This document shows, piece by piece, positions 63,013 to 64,000 of a DNA stretch of 64,000 nucleotides. This stretch comes from Octopus sinensis (taxonomy: Eukaryota). The position numbers and the translations under genes were made by a program. The notes under the pieces were generated by a model, which was not told the origin of the DNA, ran no database searches, and saw only the letters and a program-made list of their open reading frames with translations. How positions within the stretch are numbered: position 1 is the stretch's first letter; each line of letters starts with the position of its first letter. The DNA lies in the NCBI RefSeq assembly GCF_006345805.1, contig NC_043020.1, positions 10,540,001 to 10,604,000 on the forward strand, given 5' to 3'.

Positions 63013-63775
63013 GTGTGCGTGAGTATTTAGGAAAAACCACTAGATGGATAACCATACGCTAGAAGAAGATCACACACGATCTAACTACAAAGGAAGAATG
63101 TTCTCCAGAGAAAATTCAGTGAACACCAGAACATAAACGGGCAAGACAGATGAAAATTATATAAAAATTATATAAAATTCAATGAATTTTCTCTGGAGAA
63201 CATTTTTTTCTTTATAGTTAGATTGTATGTGATCTTCTTCTAGCATATGGTTATCCACCTAGTGGTTTCCCTAAATATACACATTCTCTTTTTTTCCTTT
63301 TCCTCTTTAACTTTTTTCAGTCATTTGACTGCGGCCATGCTGGAGCACCGCCTTTAATCAAGCAACTCGACCCCGGTACTTTTCTTTTGTAAGCCCGGTA
63401 CTTATCCTATCAGTCTCTTTTGCCGAACCACTAAGTGACGGGGACATAAACACACCAGCACCAGTTGTCAAGCAATGCTAGGGGGACAAACACAGACACA
63501 CAAACACACACACGCATATATATATATATATACATATACACGACGGGCTTCTTTCAGTTTCCGTCTACCAAATCCACTCACAAGCTTTGGTCGGCCTGAG
63601 GCTATAGTAGAAAATACTTGCCCAAGGTGCCACGCAGTGGGACTGAACCCAGAACCATGTGGTTGGTGTAAACAAGCTACTTACCACACAGCCACTCAGA
63701 TTTTTTATATGTTAGGCTACTGGTTTTAAATTGATATTAATCAAATTGATATTCAATTTATCTCCCTCATTATTT

Positions 63776-63819
<44 letters not shown>

Positions 63820-64000
63820 ATTGGACATGCAGTCATGGGTTTATTAGCACAACTTATAATGATATACATATACTTTATGCTAAAATTTATATGTTTTAAT
63901 ATACTTTTGATAAATAAATAAATACTATTAGAAACAAAGGCTTATGAATTATACAATAGTTTACTGAAGTGTGGTAAAGTAATAGAAAAAAATTATAGGT

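Overview
Eukaryotic, AT-rich, repeat-dense genomic DNA; an octopod cephalopod is my inference from the repeat content and is not proven. The window is mostly intron of one + strand gene. Ten well-supported exons (6050 to 55720) splice in frame, apart from one missing phase 1-to-0 exon, and encode the central motor domain of a Dachs-like unconventional myosin. Both ends of the gene lie outside what I could resolve. The introns hold tRNA-derived SINEs, 5'-truncated RTE LINEs, Penelope-like (GIY-YIG), Hero-like, R4/Dong-like and CR1-like fragments, Tc1/mariner, hAT, Merlin-like, piggyBac-like and Helitron remnants, microsatellites and a 100-N gap. The most interesting signals are RNA-level: (1) a complete canonical type I hammerhead ribozyme at 56417-56465 (-); (2) several minimal or degenerate hammerheads in short (TA)n-flanked, often fold-back elements; (3) a hammerhead-like motif in a non-standard strand order (pseudoknot-type topology) in the 3' UTR of a Hero-like retrotransposon at 32591-32641 (-); (4) a U6 snRNA-SINE chimeric retrocopy bounded by a 17-bp target-site duplication. 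Almost all ORFs in the supplied track are repeat artefacts. No computation or database search was run; all alignments and folds were done by eye.
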